DNA from: Podarcis filfolensis | Taxonomy: Eukaryota | DNA length: 64,000 nucleotides | Assembly: GCA_964270895.1 (NCBI GenBank) | Contig: OZ185442.1 | Reading direction: 5' to 3' (one strand) | Shown here: positions 10,883-38,656 of the stretch, one piece after another | Layout of the letters: every line of letters starts with the position of its first letter | How positions within the stretch are numbered: position 1 is the first letter of the stretch | Position numbers and translations under genes: made by a program | The notes under the pieces: model-generated | The model's database searches: none | Told to the model about the DNA's origin: nothing | What the model saw: only the letters and a program-made list of their open reading frames with translations

Positions 10883-13208
10883 GTTGGTGGCAAATGTAAA
10901 TTGTGGAATGAAAGAATATATAACCGTAAATATTCCCTTAATGAGAAGCCTCCAGTTTGGAGACTGGTGGCTATAGAGAGCTCTGATGAGATCTCTCTGC
11001 CTGAACAGAGTCCTCTGCTTTCAACCAGCACATGGACCCATCTGTGAAGGGAGGCTGCAGACTTCTTGTCGACTTCATATTGTGTTGCGGGGGGGGGGGC
11101 AGTGTTAGAGGAGTGTCTTGGGAAGCATGTTTGTTCTCAGTAGCAGAAAGGGAGGCTTTTGAAGAAGGAGAATCATTTTTGCATGTTGATTTGGAAGCAA
11201 AGTCCAGAAATATAGTTAATAGAATGAGGTTGTTTGGATAAATGTAAACTCACCCAGTAAACAGGACCGGGATAGGGGAACTATTTCTGCTAGCAGGAAT
11301 GAAAACAGCCATTTGATCCCAAGAATGGGCTTGAGAGCACATTATTAGAGTTCAAGAAAACTTGACCTAGAGTCAGTCCCTACCTGGATGGTTTGGAACT
11401 CCATGGAATCAGTTCATCTGTAGGTGACTGCCTGCTTGCTGCAGATGCTGCTGAAGGGAAGCCCTGCTCTGGGCTCCACCTATGGCATGTGGACATATGC
11501 GGTTAGGCTTTCTTGGTGATGGTAGAGGCTCCCTGGTTATGAGACTCTTCTCCATGGACTCAGCCGATGGCCTCCTTTTTCTCTTCAGGCAACAGGTCAG
11601 AACAGTATGGCTTGAGCCATGCATTTTTCAGATGTTTTTCCTCTGTGTGTGCCTTGGATTTTTATATTGCTACTGCATTAGAGTGAGTTGTGCTGTTTTA
11701 TTGTTATTAGGATTTATGATGGTGGTTCAGTGGTTTGAACATTTTGTTTTGGGATGGAAAAGTGGGAAATCAATGTTAAAGGGGGAAAATTAATGCTGAA
11801 GTTTTTAAATAATAATAATGCCCCACCCATCCAGCTGGGTGCTTAAAAAAACATAAGATGTCAAGCATAAAAAAACTTCCTGATACAGGACTGTCTTCAT
11901 AAGTGAAAGGTTCATCAGAGACCATGTCTTTCACCCAACTGCTGACTACAGTCTCCTTGACAGGTAGGACTGTTCAGCCTACCAAAGAGATGCAGTTCAG
12001 AATACCTTGGAAGATGGTGGCCATCCAGCTTCTGTTTTAAAACCTTCTGGGGCTGGTGTGTGTAGTAATAGGTGTCCTCCATCCATCTGCAAGAGGTTGT
12101 ACTAGGATGATTTGTGAGGTCCCCTTCCAGCTCTGTAGCTAGCAGCAGCAGCATGACCTGAAAGGCATGTGTCCTTCTTTTGTTTCTCCTACTTGACAGC
12201 CACCTTCTTTTGAAGGTGGATGTGAGGAGGCCCTTACAAAATCAGCTTGGGAAACCAATGGGCTGGCACAAGTGGATTTCACAAGCAATAAGAGAGAACT
12301 TGCAGTGGTTTCTGTAGCTTGTTGAACATCTAACCACATTTTGTAGTTTTTATGAAATGCATCAGTCAAAAATGTAGGCATCTACAGATGCTGAGTGCTC
12401 AGTCTAGAGCTGCGTAGTTTAGAATTTCTGTCCGTTATTTATTGCACAACCCTTAACAAGTGTAATCTCTGAATGGATTGGTGTAGTCACAGTTTGAATG
12501 CTCAACTAAGAGAGCCACAGCCCACTGTAATGTGACTTGTACTGATGAAGCACCTTTAGAAGAGGCCTTGAGTTGGGCTACCTAGCTTCTTCCCACGGTT
12601 TTAAATAATAGCATAGACTTTCCCTGGGTTTCATCGTTTGGGCTCAGTGGCTACCTGTTGGGCCTGCAAGTGCATTTGGAATCAGCTCTGGGTTCGGTCA
12701 CATGTGAGAAGCAGCAGCAGTGCTGGTGTCCATTGAATGTTGGGCTCAGTTTTTAGTCAACCACTGGGCTGGGAGTATACTGGAAGTAGTCTGCTTAAGG
12801 CTGTACTGGGAAAGTGGGGGAGGGGATGTCCCACCCTTCTGGAACTGTCCCACTCAGGCTCTGCTGTCCTTGCTTTGAAAAGGCCTGAGAAACAGCCATA
12901 CTGAAGAGCCTGAAAGGGGCAGAGCTGTCTGGACGAAAAGGACTTGAATGAAACCCTGATTTGTATCAATCAGGTACTCAGGAGTAAGATGTCACTTCGG
13001 CATGAAAATTGTCTTCACAATGTTAATGACGCTTTCTTGCTCATGTTCAGCTGGGCTAATTGAAACTTAGATTTGCGTGTTTGACTGGTCTAAAAATGTG
13101 GTCACTCTGTAAGTATTATTACATCATGATGACAGTAAACTTAGATATGATTTACTGTGTATGAGATGTATTTACAGACACATGCATTTTATATTCCAAA
13201 GAACAATA

Positions 13209-13454
13209 CAGTCGTACCTTGGTTCTCGAACAGAATCCGTTCCGGAAGTCCGTTTGACTTCCAAAAATGTTCAAAAACCAAGGTACAGCTTCTGATTGGC
13301 TGCAGGAGCTTCCTGCACTCAATTGGAAGCTGTGTAAGCCGCATTGGATGTTTGGCTTCCAAAAAAGTTTGTAAATTGGAACACTTCTGTATTTGCGGTG
13401 TTCGGGAGCCAAAACATTCGAGTCACAAAGCATTTGAGAACCAAGGTACAACTG
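13209..13454. mobile_element. Tc1/mariner (Tigger-like) MITE
   Basis: TIRs CAGTCGTACCTTGGTTCTC / GAGAACCAAGGTACAACTG, flanked by TA duplications. Confidence 0.85.
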
Positions 13455-14371
13455 TACAATATCATAATGACCATTCTCATTCATAAAAGTAATGTACGTA
13501 TTAGTATTATGCAGTAGTGTATGCTGGGCCTTGAAAATAATACTTTTTCCTCCTAACTTGTGGATAATTTATTTCAGTTTGTTTGGCAGATAAACAGACC
13601 AGGGTAGCAGAGAGTGACCCATGCATTGGGGCCAAAGGCTGCTTTGAAATATAATGGGAGTTTCCTTTATTTGAAAAGCAAATCCAGAGTGAAGTAGAAT
13701 ATTTGGGTTTGAGCCAGAGGTGTTCCTGTGGTTTGCTAGATCCTGTAAATAAGCCTTCACCTTGGGGCCGGCAGATTCAGATTCTTCTATGGCTGCATAA
13801 TTTGGTTTGCTTCAACCTCAGGTTTGTTTTCATAAGCAGGGCTTAATCCAAGGCTCAGGAAGGTTGTGCAGGGTCGCTGATTAATCTAGGACTTTTGCCT
13901 TATTTGGGGATGGCAGAAGGAGGGAGGAGGCTCCTATCTGTGCTAGTATGCAAATTTAGGCAGAAATTCCTGGTGATTAGGGACAGCCACAGGAAGAAAG
14001 AAACCTGCCATGAGAGGTGAGCTGTGTGTGTTGTAAAGAGCACATGCAGTCAGTTTATCACCAGCCTTAGTCTGCCACCCATTCCGCCATGCAGTAGTGG
14101 AGACAGAGCTGCAGCGAATACATCATTACATACCTTGGCAACAGAGCCATATCTCTTTCCTTACTACAGATATCTTAAGCCACTTGGCAGGGAAAACAGA
14201 CTTTTTGAGGCTGAAGTATTCTGGAGTCCCAGCTGTGGCAGAGACGGCTGACTTGGGATAAACACCTTGGATTGAACCATAGCGAGTTCTGTCAGTATAA
14301 CCAATGCCAGCTAGGAGACCCTACCAGCCTCTCTCTACAGTTTCTCATGGGGTACTGTTTTAAAGACTTAA

Positions 14372-29852
<15,481 letters not shown>

Positions 29853-30835
29853 GCTCTGGCCCCACCCTCCTCACCCCACCTGGTTGGCCGAAGGAACGCT
29901 GGGCAGAGCGCTGTGACTCCAGAAATCCCCCCACTTGCACCATGGCCAGGGGAGCTGACGAGAGCAGCGGCTGCTGCAGAGCAGGAGGACTGGCCTTGCT
30001 CACCTTGATGAAGCATATCTCTTAAGACACTTGCTGGCTCGCTCTCTCTTCTCTCCTCTCCTGGCTGCTGAGCCACACTTGCCACAGAAGCCACGTTCCC
30101 CTTGTTTTGGAAGGGGGGGAGGGGAGGTGCACTGTGGCATGTGCGACTGTTTCTCCCCACCTGCCATCTTCTCTCCTCCGGTGGGCGTGGGCGAGTGAGT
30201 GAAGCGAGTTTTGTTTCGGCTCCTTGCTAGCCGGGTTACCACCTTCAGGCACTTTTCATCCAGAGTTCATGTTGGAAATGTATTCCAAGGATGCTGGTGA
30301 CCCTTTCTGCTTGGAGTTCCCTGACGTGGGGGGCCTTTTCTACGCTTGACTGCACACCCCGAGGGCAGTGGCTTGAGTCTGAGAAGGGGATGGATAGGTG
30401 GACCTGCTGTTCTGGACAGAAGCTCTGCTTTGGAGGATTCAGTGGTGGAGGCAGCAACGTCAAGCCCTCTTTGGCCAGTGCCTCCCTCTCAGAAAGCATC
30501 ATGATGGACGAGACTGGCTGCTCCTTCCAGCAAGTCGCTCTTCAGCGTGCCCCCACCCCAAATCTTGGAACTCCTCTTGTCTGATCCTTGGCTGTCAGCT
30601 GTGGTAGGTGGGTAGAAAGGAAATGTGTGTTGCTTAAAGATGGAAAGGGGGGGCACCATTTGCCTGCAGAAAGACTCATCTCAAGACTCCACTGCAAAGC
30701 TGCTTTCCCACCTCAGCCCTTTTCATTTCCTGAGTCTGTCAGAATCCTGGATTCCATTTGAATTCGTTCTCCTCCTGGGACGTTTGTGTTGTATCTGTAA
30801 TATTGGCACTGAAAATAAAGACCATGCGGTTTAAT
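29853..30835 (+). other. AP1G1: AP1G1 3' UTR to polyA signal AATAAA 30814-30819
   Basis: AATAAA preceded by U/GU-rich sequence. A longer UTR isoform cannot be excluded. Confidence 0.55.
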
Positions 30836-31313
30836 GAGACCTTTCCTGCTTTTAGTAGCTGGTTTTGCAGCTCCTTGCATAGATGTTGAGCAGAGGACAT
30901 TCCTGTTTTTGAAGGCCAAGATTCCAAAGTATGACAACTCCCTAAGAGAGATGTTTTCAGGGCAGAAGTCAGTGGGTTAGGGGGGCATGTGTAGGATTCC
31001 AGGAGCAGCAAAGAACGGGGAAACACTTTAGAGTTCCCATCTATGATTGGCTAAAGTTCCTAAAGCTCATTGCCAGCCTGTTTGCCTTACAGAAACAGAA
31101 GGTGTGTCTGCACCCGCTGTTGGGTTGCGTGATGGGAGAGGGGGAGCCAGGCAGAAGCACTTCAAGAGCCACAGGAAGTCCTCTAGACATACACTATCCT
31201 AGCAAATGATTCGCTGCTGAGGTCCTGTTGACTGGAGCTGTGGTCAGCTGCCTCTCTCATCTACCCCCCAGTGAGACTTGATGTGTGTCCAGCTGGCAGT
31301 GCTGCTTTCATGA

Positions 31314-31415
31314 AGGACAGGATGAAATTGAGGCAGTGGGGAATGGGGCTTTGTGCTCTCACAGAGGACAGGATGAAATCAGGGCAGTGGGGAATGGGAT
31401 TCTTGTGATTCTCCA
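31314..31415. repeat. Two-copy 51-bp tandem duplication
   Basis: AGGACAGGATGAAAT..GGCAGTGGGGAATGGG starts at 31314 and at 31365. Confidence 0.85.
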
Positions 31416-31970
31416 GCGGACAATTATTATGCAAAGCTCACCAGCTGGATTGCTGGAGGTGGAGCTTGTGGAGTCCAAACAAGATTCCGAAGAAGTCTGC
31501 TCTTCATCACCACAGCAAAAAGAGCCTTGGGGATCCCCGAAGACTAAGAAATGTATTTGGTTTGAGCTTCCTCTTCCTCATAGGATGAGCAGAGTTGGTA
31601 GTATGGCAAGACGCAGATGGCAGCACCGAGGACTCTTTTCCTGTTGCAATCTGAACCTGTAAGATGATGGCTTCTGTCACCTCCCTTACCTCCCCCCCCA
31701 CACAACTAATGATGGCAGGTCAGACAGCTGGGAGTTGGGGGTTGGCAAGTCCTTTCGTCTTGAACAAACAAGTATCCCTTCAGGGGACACAGAGTTGAAG
31801 TAAGGTCACCTTTCCTTGCAAGGAGCTCAAAGTAGTACTGAAGGGTGTCGCCCCCCCAATATCCTCAGAGCAACTCTGAAGGAAAGGATAAGACTTTGGA
31901 GTGACTGTCCAAAGTTAAGTCATGGTTGTAGTGGAGATTTCAGCCCAGATTCTAGTCCAACCCTTTAACC

Positions 31971-32470
31971 CATAGGTTTTCAACTTTTGTGGGTCTACGG
32001 CTCCTTTGACCAACTACATTCTTTCTGTGGCACCCCTGTGGGGCTCAGAAGCCCAATTATGTCACCCCTTGCCTGCAGAGCTGGCAGCCTCTCACCCTTT
32101 TTTTGAACACCCTCCCTTATGGAGTGCTCCCTCAGCCTCCTCTCCTCCCCCCTCTCCTTGGGAGTCCTCTGGGCAGCTGCAGCTACCACCCCTGGTCTCT
32201 GAGCTGCCCCCCTCCGCCCCAAAAAGAAGTCCTGCCTCACCCTGCCCCACAAGGGCCTGGGAAGCACCCCCTAGCTAGCCCCAGAGGCAGCATTCACCTG
32301 GGGAGCTGCTGCAACAAACAGCTGTGCAAGGCCCTGGGAGGCAGAGACGCAAGAGGGCATCAGAGGAGGGAGGGAAGGAAAGAGGCACAAAGGCCAGTGT
32401 TGCCCACGGCACCCCTTGCCATCATTCAAGGCACCCCAGGGTGCCACAGCACACTGGTTGAAAACCACTG
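31971..32470. mobile_element. Non-autonomous hAT (Charlie-like) element, 500 bp
   Basis: TIRs CATAGGTTTTCAAC / GTTGAAAACCACTG with a perfect 8-bp TSD CTTTAACC (31963-31970, 32471-32478). Confidence 0.85.
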
Positions 32471-33614
32471 CTTTAACCACTCCACCATCTCCTTCCCTTG
32501 TAAGAGGCAGCCAGGAGCTCTGATGACTGTGCTGGAAATGAGATATGACCCACCTGTGAACTCTACAGCTGCCTTTATCATGGGCTACGCTGTCTGAAGC
32601 AATTGAACCTGTGGCCATCTAGGTGTTGAGGATGATGGGAGCTGGGAGTTGAGCATCCCCGCCCCTCAACTGAAGGATCTTTTTACACAGTGGCCCATCT
32701 TCCTCTCCCTCCATTTCCCACACTGGAAGAAGGTCCAGACTTATTGTGAAGGGAGAGCCTATGTGGGATAACTTAACTATGTTGCTCTTTTGTTAACACA
32801 GGCTGGTACCTAAACCCCAGTCTAACTTGAGGTGTTGCACGTTGAGTATAGGATACCTCTATGCCTGCAGGAGGCAGGGTACAAATAGGCTGAAAAACAC
32901 AATTCTTACAATAATTGTGCTTTCTGGCCCTTAAAGTAGGTATAGCAGAGGGTGGCAGTCCTACTGGGTTGGGTATTGCTCAAAAAATTGTCACATTAAA
33001 GCAATGGCCTTCCAGATGTTGCTGTACTAGAATCATCATTCTTGACCATTTAGCATGTTGCGTGGGGCTGATGGGCGAACTACATGTGGAGGGCCCCTGT
33101 TTCCCAGCTCTTTCTTCAAAGGTTTCTCAAATCTCGCCTTCTGAGGGGTGGGCATGGGACTAAGCTACAGAAAAAGTTTTATTGGACAAATGTTTTTGGA
33201 TATGCAGAATTTCCCTTTGGGGACCACAGTAACTGCCAGGCTTTGGGAGACAGCCTTCTATGAGCTGTTGAGAGAATGTTGGTGTAATGTGTCATAAAAG
33301 CTCTAGAGTTTCAAGGAAGAGAGTACTAAATGCTCAGTTAAATAGGACCTCAGGGAACATAGGTGTTCCAAGGTGTTGCAGTTCTTCTGTGTGTATTGCT
33401 GGAAATGCAGTTAAATGCACCCCTTGGAAGTGAGCTGGCTTTTGCTTGGAGAATGAGTTCCCTCTTCCGCCTCATCACTGCACATCACTGTCAGGTGTTT
33501 TTTGTGTGGGGGGGGGGGGGAGATGTTTCTCTACATTGAGGCGGTAAAATGCAGCAAACCCAAAACAAGGAAGTCCAAGATCTCTAGTGTCTTTTGACAT
33601 ACGCATTTAAAGTG

Positions 33615-34259
33615 AATTACCAAGGTAGCGATTTTATTGTTGTACAAAAGTATAATATTCCATAATGAAAACAATTTGAAACAAGACTGCACAGAACATC
33701 TAGTAGAAGCATTTGCCTTCAAGGCAAATGTGTAACTTCCTCATCAAGAAAGCAGCTCAATGAGGTGAATGGAAGAAGGAATGAAAAACGTTTTCTCTGG
33801 CATTGTAAGAAGGGGTGGGTGGAAAAAGACACAGATTTTGCTTTCTATAAGAGGACTGGAGTTTTTTCTGGGGGTACCAACAAGATGGCACTTTGCCCCA
33901 AGGCATATATTGAAAGTCTGGTCAACGGTCTCAATCTAAAGGCATGATCTGAAAGGAAAAAGGAATGCGGAGGGAAGAAAGCAAGTGCTGGTTGGTGATG
34001 GGACCAAGTTGGTCTTCTTGCCATTACAGGTGACGTTCTATATTAAAGAGGAGCAGAGAGTAGTCTTGTTAGACTTTGCATCAGTATGTATGATGGGAAA
34101 GAAATGGGAGCTTGGAGAATGTTTACAAAACACTGAAAGTAGGGTTTAGACAGAAAGTGATCACTGCCACCACTGTACATGGTTCAAAGGCACTGCTTAG
34201 CTTGGCTTAATAGGCTGCTCCATCCTTCTCTCCCTTCAACTCAGGCAGCAGAGGCCAAG
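33615..34259 (-). other. MARVELD3: MARVELD3 3' UTR, polyA signal at 33633-33638 (minus)
   Basis: TTTATT on + at 33633-33638, about 620 nt after the stop. Confidence 0.55.
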
Positions 34260-36182
34260 TTAGGGCTCACAGCTGTGTGATGATGGTTTTGCTTGGAGGG
34301 TCCGGACAATCTTGAAGCCACGGACAGCCAACACAACGGCAACAGCGAAGGCCACAATGGCTGCCCCAGCAAAGAAGCCCACAGCGATCTCTGCTCCATG
34401 CAAACTGCAGCCAAAGCCCCTGTAGCCTTTGCTCTGGTAGAGGTTCTCTCGCTCTTTGCACAGAGAGGAGGCATAGATCTCGTGAAGGCGATGGTAGTAG
34501 AAGTACAAAGCTGGCACAAGACCAATTGCAATGGCCACATCCAGAATGGCCTCCGCTATCAGCCACGCTGGGCAATGCCAGGGCACTCGGAAGAGACTAG
34601 CCACAATTTGGAAGCAGGCAAAGGCCATCAGTGCCCCTCCAACTGCCATGGCCACCTGGGCCGGTGGCACCTTGAGTTGGTGGAACTGGGCATCCAACTG
34701 CTGTGCCTTCTCCCCGTCAGCTCCACTGAGGCCACTGTAGGCCCCGCCGTATTGGTAGTAGTAAATGCTCCCCAGACTGAAAAGACCAGTGTAGCCACCT
34801 GTCGAATTGTAGGAGACTGAGCTGCAGATGACAATCAGCATGCAGAGGAGGAGCTGGAGCTGTTGGCAGCAGGCTAAGAAGAAGCAAGGGCAGAGGGGTG
34901 CTGTTAGTGCCATTTCTCTAGTGCTGTGGGGCCCTCAGCCTGTGTGGAAGATGGAGCACTTGGCCCCTCCAGGTCCACTCATAGAGGTCAGCTTTGTGGG
35001 TAGATTGGATCCCAAATCTTACTGGGGTTAAGGGAGCATATCTGAGCAGGCAGCGACTATCCTTCCTTCCCTGTTTCTACCAGGGCATCTTCTGCCCCAA
35101 TGCCACATTGAAAGACTTTTCATTCCTGGGGTAGTGACCTCAGAGCTCCCCTCATGTTTCACCCTTAGTTTAAGGCCAGGGATAGGGAACCCCAGGCATC
35201 AAATATGGTTTCCTGGGTTCCTCTACATGGCTTTTGGGACTTCCCCAGGCCATGCCCCATGCAAGCCTCACCTCACGCCCCTGCAGTGTTTTACCTGCTG
35301 CAAGAATGCCCCCTTGAATTCTGATAATTTATCTTGCTCCCCTGGTGGAGACACGGGGAGAAAGGGATGTGTGAATAAATTAACATTTGTTGCCCCACCC
35401 ACACTGGCCATATGGCCCCTGTAAAGTTGACTAGAATGGAATATGGCCTTTGGGCTGAAAAAGTTTATTCACCCCTCTTTTCGGCCGGGAGGAAACTGGG
35501 GTGACCTGGCAGCCTCGTGGGTGCCACCCCACTCCCTGGAGGGAGCTTGTGCTGACCACAGATGCCTGAGGATTGACGGCTGAGCAGCACTCACTCACTG
35601 CACCCCTTGCCAGCAAGTTGTGGGGCCACAGGCCTGCCCCTCGCGACTTTTGGGCAGCCTGCGAAGAGGGGGTGGCAGCGTCTGGCTGGCAAGCACCCCG
35701 TCCCCGTGAGGCAACAGCCCTTTTGCCCGCCCCATCTGGGGAAGCTGCCAGTGGCTTCGCCCACACCGAGCTTACCAGCGGGCAGCGCCGGGGGAGGAGG
35801 AGGAACTACAAACACAACCCCCCCATCGCAGCCCGAGCGCCTCATTCCACGAGGGGAAGGGGGCGTGTCGTCGACATCGTACCGCCCTGACCCACCCTAT
35901 CGCGGGCCAGTAGGGACATCTAACCCGGTCCGGGCCCTCACCTCTGGCCGTGCACAGGGCGCGACATAGCGGTTTGTCCAGAAGGCCGCCTCCGCCTCGG
36001 GCCTCGGCAGGGAGGTCCAAAGAGGCCAGTATGGTGCCTCGGGAGGGAGGGGGGCGGTGGTGCTGGTGCTGGTGCTGCTGCTGCTGCAGCCACGGCCACG
36101 GCTGCTCTCCTACCGCCACCACCGCCGGCCGGTCCTGACCCCAGTCCCGCGGCTTCCCGGGTCTCCTCCCGGCGTCCGCCAT
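34260..36182 (-). CDS. MARVELD3: MARVEL domain-containing protein 3 (tight junction), 284 aa
   Basis: Exons 36182-35942 (MADAGRR...LCRALCTAR, donor AGAG|GTGAGG) and 34873-34260 (acceptor TTAG|CCTGCTGC) join as R-A-C-C-Q. The MARVEL domain includes [27 protein letters not shown] and [13 protein letters not shown]. The start codon is less certain than the rest. Confidence 0.9.
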
Positions 36183-36199
36183 GGCTCGTAGCCTGGTGG

Positions 36200-36310
36200 C
36201 GCGCAGGGAGGTCTGGGTGGGGCGTCCCAGGTGAGCGCGGCGGCGGCGCCTTATGGGCGGCGATTGGCCGGGGTTGGTGTAGGTTGGAAGCAGGTGTCCA
36301 TGTCGCCTAG
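36200..36310 (-). promoter_or_regulatory. MARVELD3 core promoter: CCAAT, TATA-like CATAAG, two CACCTG E-boxes
   Basis: ATTGG 36263-36267, CTTATG near 36250-36255, CAGGTG 36228-36233 and 36291-36296, all within a CpG island. Confidence 0.5.
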
Positions 36311-38509
36311 GAGCCGCCGCCCGACAGAGGGGGCTCGTCGCTGCCGGCGCTTGCCGAGGGGCGCTTCTCCAGCAGCCGTCGAGGAAGTCAGGGCGGGTCT
36401 GAAAAGGCCCAAGGCAGTCCCTGGACAAACCGCTATTGCTGCCCGTCCAGGCCCGATGTTCGGTGGTCCTGGTGGCCGCTGGCCTTCCTGGTCCCACCAC
36501 AAGATGGCTTTTTTTCGGATGGAGCGGGAAAAGTTGTCCAAGGGCTCCAGGGCTTCTCCGCCTTAGGTGCGCCCCTCCCTCCACCCCCCGACTCGGCTGC
36601 TCGCCCATTGCCCCACTAAGCAGCGGTCTCTTGGCACTCTTGGCCATACCTGACTCTGGTAACAATCCAGGATTAGAGGGAAAGGAGAGAATTGGAGGTC
36701 CTTCTCAGCACCCTGATGATGGCACTGCCCTTTGCAGCCTTGGATGGTCTCCCTCACTGGCTTTGTGTTGAGCATCAGGGGGTGCAGAAATGGACCCGGT
36801 GCAGCCCTTCCTCATTCTTGTGGGACTGCACAGAAACCACAGGACAGGAAGGAATAGAACCACTGCCACCCAGTACTTGTCCATCCATGGCTCACCCTCT
36901 GCACATCCAGTTGAGCAGGACTAGAGAAGGAGCCTAAGCCCATGGGAAGGGCGAGGCTGCTGCCAGCTAAAGTAGAGGCTAGATGATCCTCACTCATTCA
37001 CCTGTTCAGCTAAAAGCAGGAGGCAGGGATGAGGAACCTACAGCCCATCACAAAATCCCTGTCACCATCAGCCATGCTGGCCAGAGAAGGCTGATAGGAA
37101 CTGGAGTCCATATTGACACTAGAGAAGCCCAGCAGATGGATCAGGCCAAGGTGAGCCCCTCTAGCCCAGCATCCTGTTTCCAACAATGACCAGTCAGACA
37201 CCACTGAGAGTCCCACAAGCAGGATCAGGATATTGCCCACCCACAGCAGCTCAGATTTGGCCTCTGGACATGGAGGCTTAATTCAGTGCTCATGGGTAGT
37301 TGCAGTTGCTAGACTTCTTCTCCTCCATGACTTCATTTATGACCCTGTTTAAGCTGTCTGTCTGCAAAAAAATGCAATTACTTTTGGTACCTTCATTATT
37401 TTGAGCATGGAACAATTACTCATTTGCTCTACCCAAAAGTAACAAGGGGAAGGGATTTGCTTTCTCTCTGTCTGCTCTTACACAAACATAACCCGCTAAT
37501 CTGGGCAATATAACTGTGTCCCATGATTTCAGAAGCTGATTTCAGAAAAAGTTACAGTCTTTGTATCCCAGGGGTTCTCACCAAATGCAGCTGGGCCAAA
37601 CCCTAGAAAGCAACTGAAGCTCATCCAAGGAGGAGACCTTTTCTGCGTTCTCTCCTCCACCTGGCTGCCACCTTCACCACCTTCCTCCTCTGCTTTCCAG
37701 CCGGAATTTCAACAAGGCTCTCCTGAGAGATTCTCAGCCCCAGGTACCTCTATCTTGGCTGAAGGCACCTTGTTTCTCAAGGGTAGGCAAGAGCAGAGAG
37801 CATTGTGCCACTATGGCTTGATGGGAGGAACCTTTCACTTACTGTCTTCTTTATATTTCAAGTGGTTGTCATGCCAAAGGCCTGCCTCCTCTCCATGGCC
37901 TGAAGTTCCATGATGCCTTCATGGTGAGGGTGAGGCAAGCATGGGCTCAGGTGTGTGTGAGTTGGCCATTGGTATCTGGGTTCTGAGGGCTTTGGGGAAA
38001 TGCTAACCTAGTGGCCAGCCAGTGCTTCTGCCTCCCACCCCCCCACTGCATTTTTCTAGCCAGATGGTATCACTTCAGGTGAAGCTGGCGAGATTTGGCT
38101 CTGATACACTTCTCCCTTAGCTCTGAATCCTTCATTGAATTATTTTGATGAAGGAGGAAGAGGGGTTCTTTTGCATTTGGGTACTGGCATTTTATGGAGG
38201 CCTCCTCCATAGCAATTTGTGGTCACTGATTCAGCATCTTAAGAAATGCTCTCTGTATTTCTGCTCAGGGGCATTTTGTCCATCTAGGTATCTCTTGGAG
38301 ACTTGTGGGACTGAAGTACTTTAAGCAGCATTTCTAGAGGCAGAACTTCTGCTTTGCACAATGAGAAGGTCCAAGTGGAATGGTGGAGGCTGCTCCATTA
38401 GGGTGAATGGAGTGCAACCCTACCAACCTCACTCTGCCCTTAGCCATCCCCACCTGGACTTGTGGGTGGGTGGGAAATATGGGGCTTTAACCGTTTTGTC
38501 CCCTGTATA

Positions 38510-38656
38510 CAGTGGCGTAGCGTGGGGGGTGCAGGGGGGGCCGGCCTCACTGGGCTCAACATCTGGGGGTTAGGGTTAGGGGGTGCAAATCCACGGGTTA
38601 GGGGGCGCAAATTACTTGCCTTGCCCCGGGTGCTTACAACCCATGCTACGCCACTG
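38510..38656. mobile_element. hAT MITE, 147 bp
   Basis: TIRs CAGTGGCGTAGC / GCTACGCCACTG with a perfect 8-bp TSD CCTGTATA (38502-38509, 38657-38664). Confidence 0.9.

Noticed and set aside
31285-31662. 125-aa ORF as a possible PHLPP2 remnant
   Set aside because: Only vague S/E-rich resemblance, and part of its length comes from the in-frame 51-bp duplication.
31020-31680. Scattered minus-strand resemblance (VQI, LRGSP, WLL) to the second MARVELD3 terminal exon
   Set aside because: The matches are very short and the spacings inconsistent, so they cannot be told from chance without an alignment.
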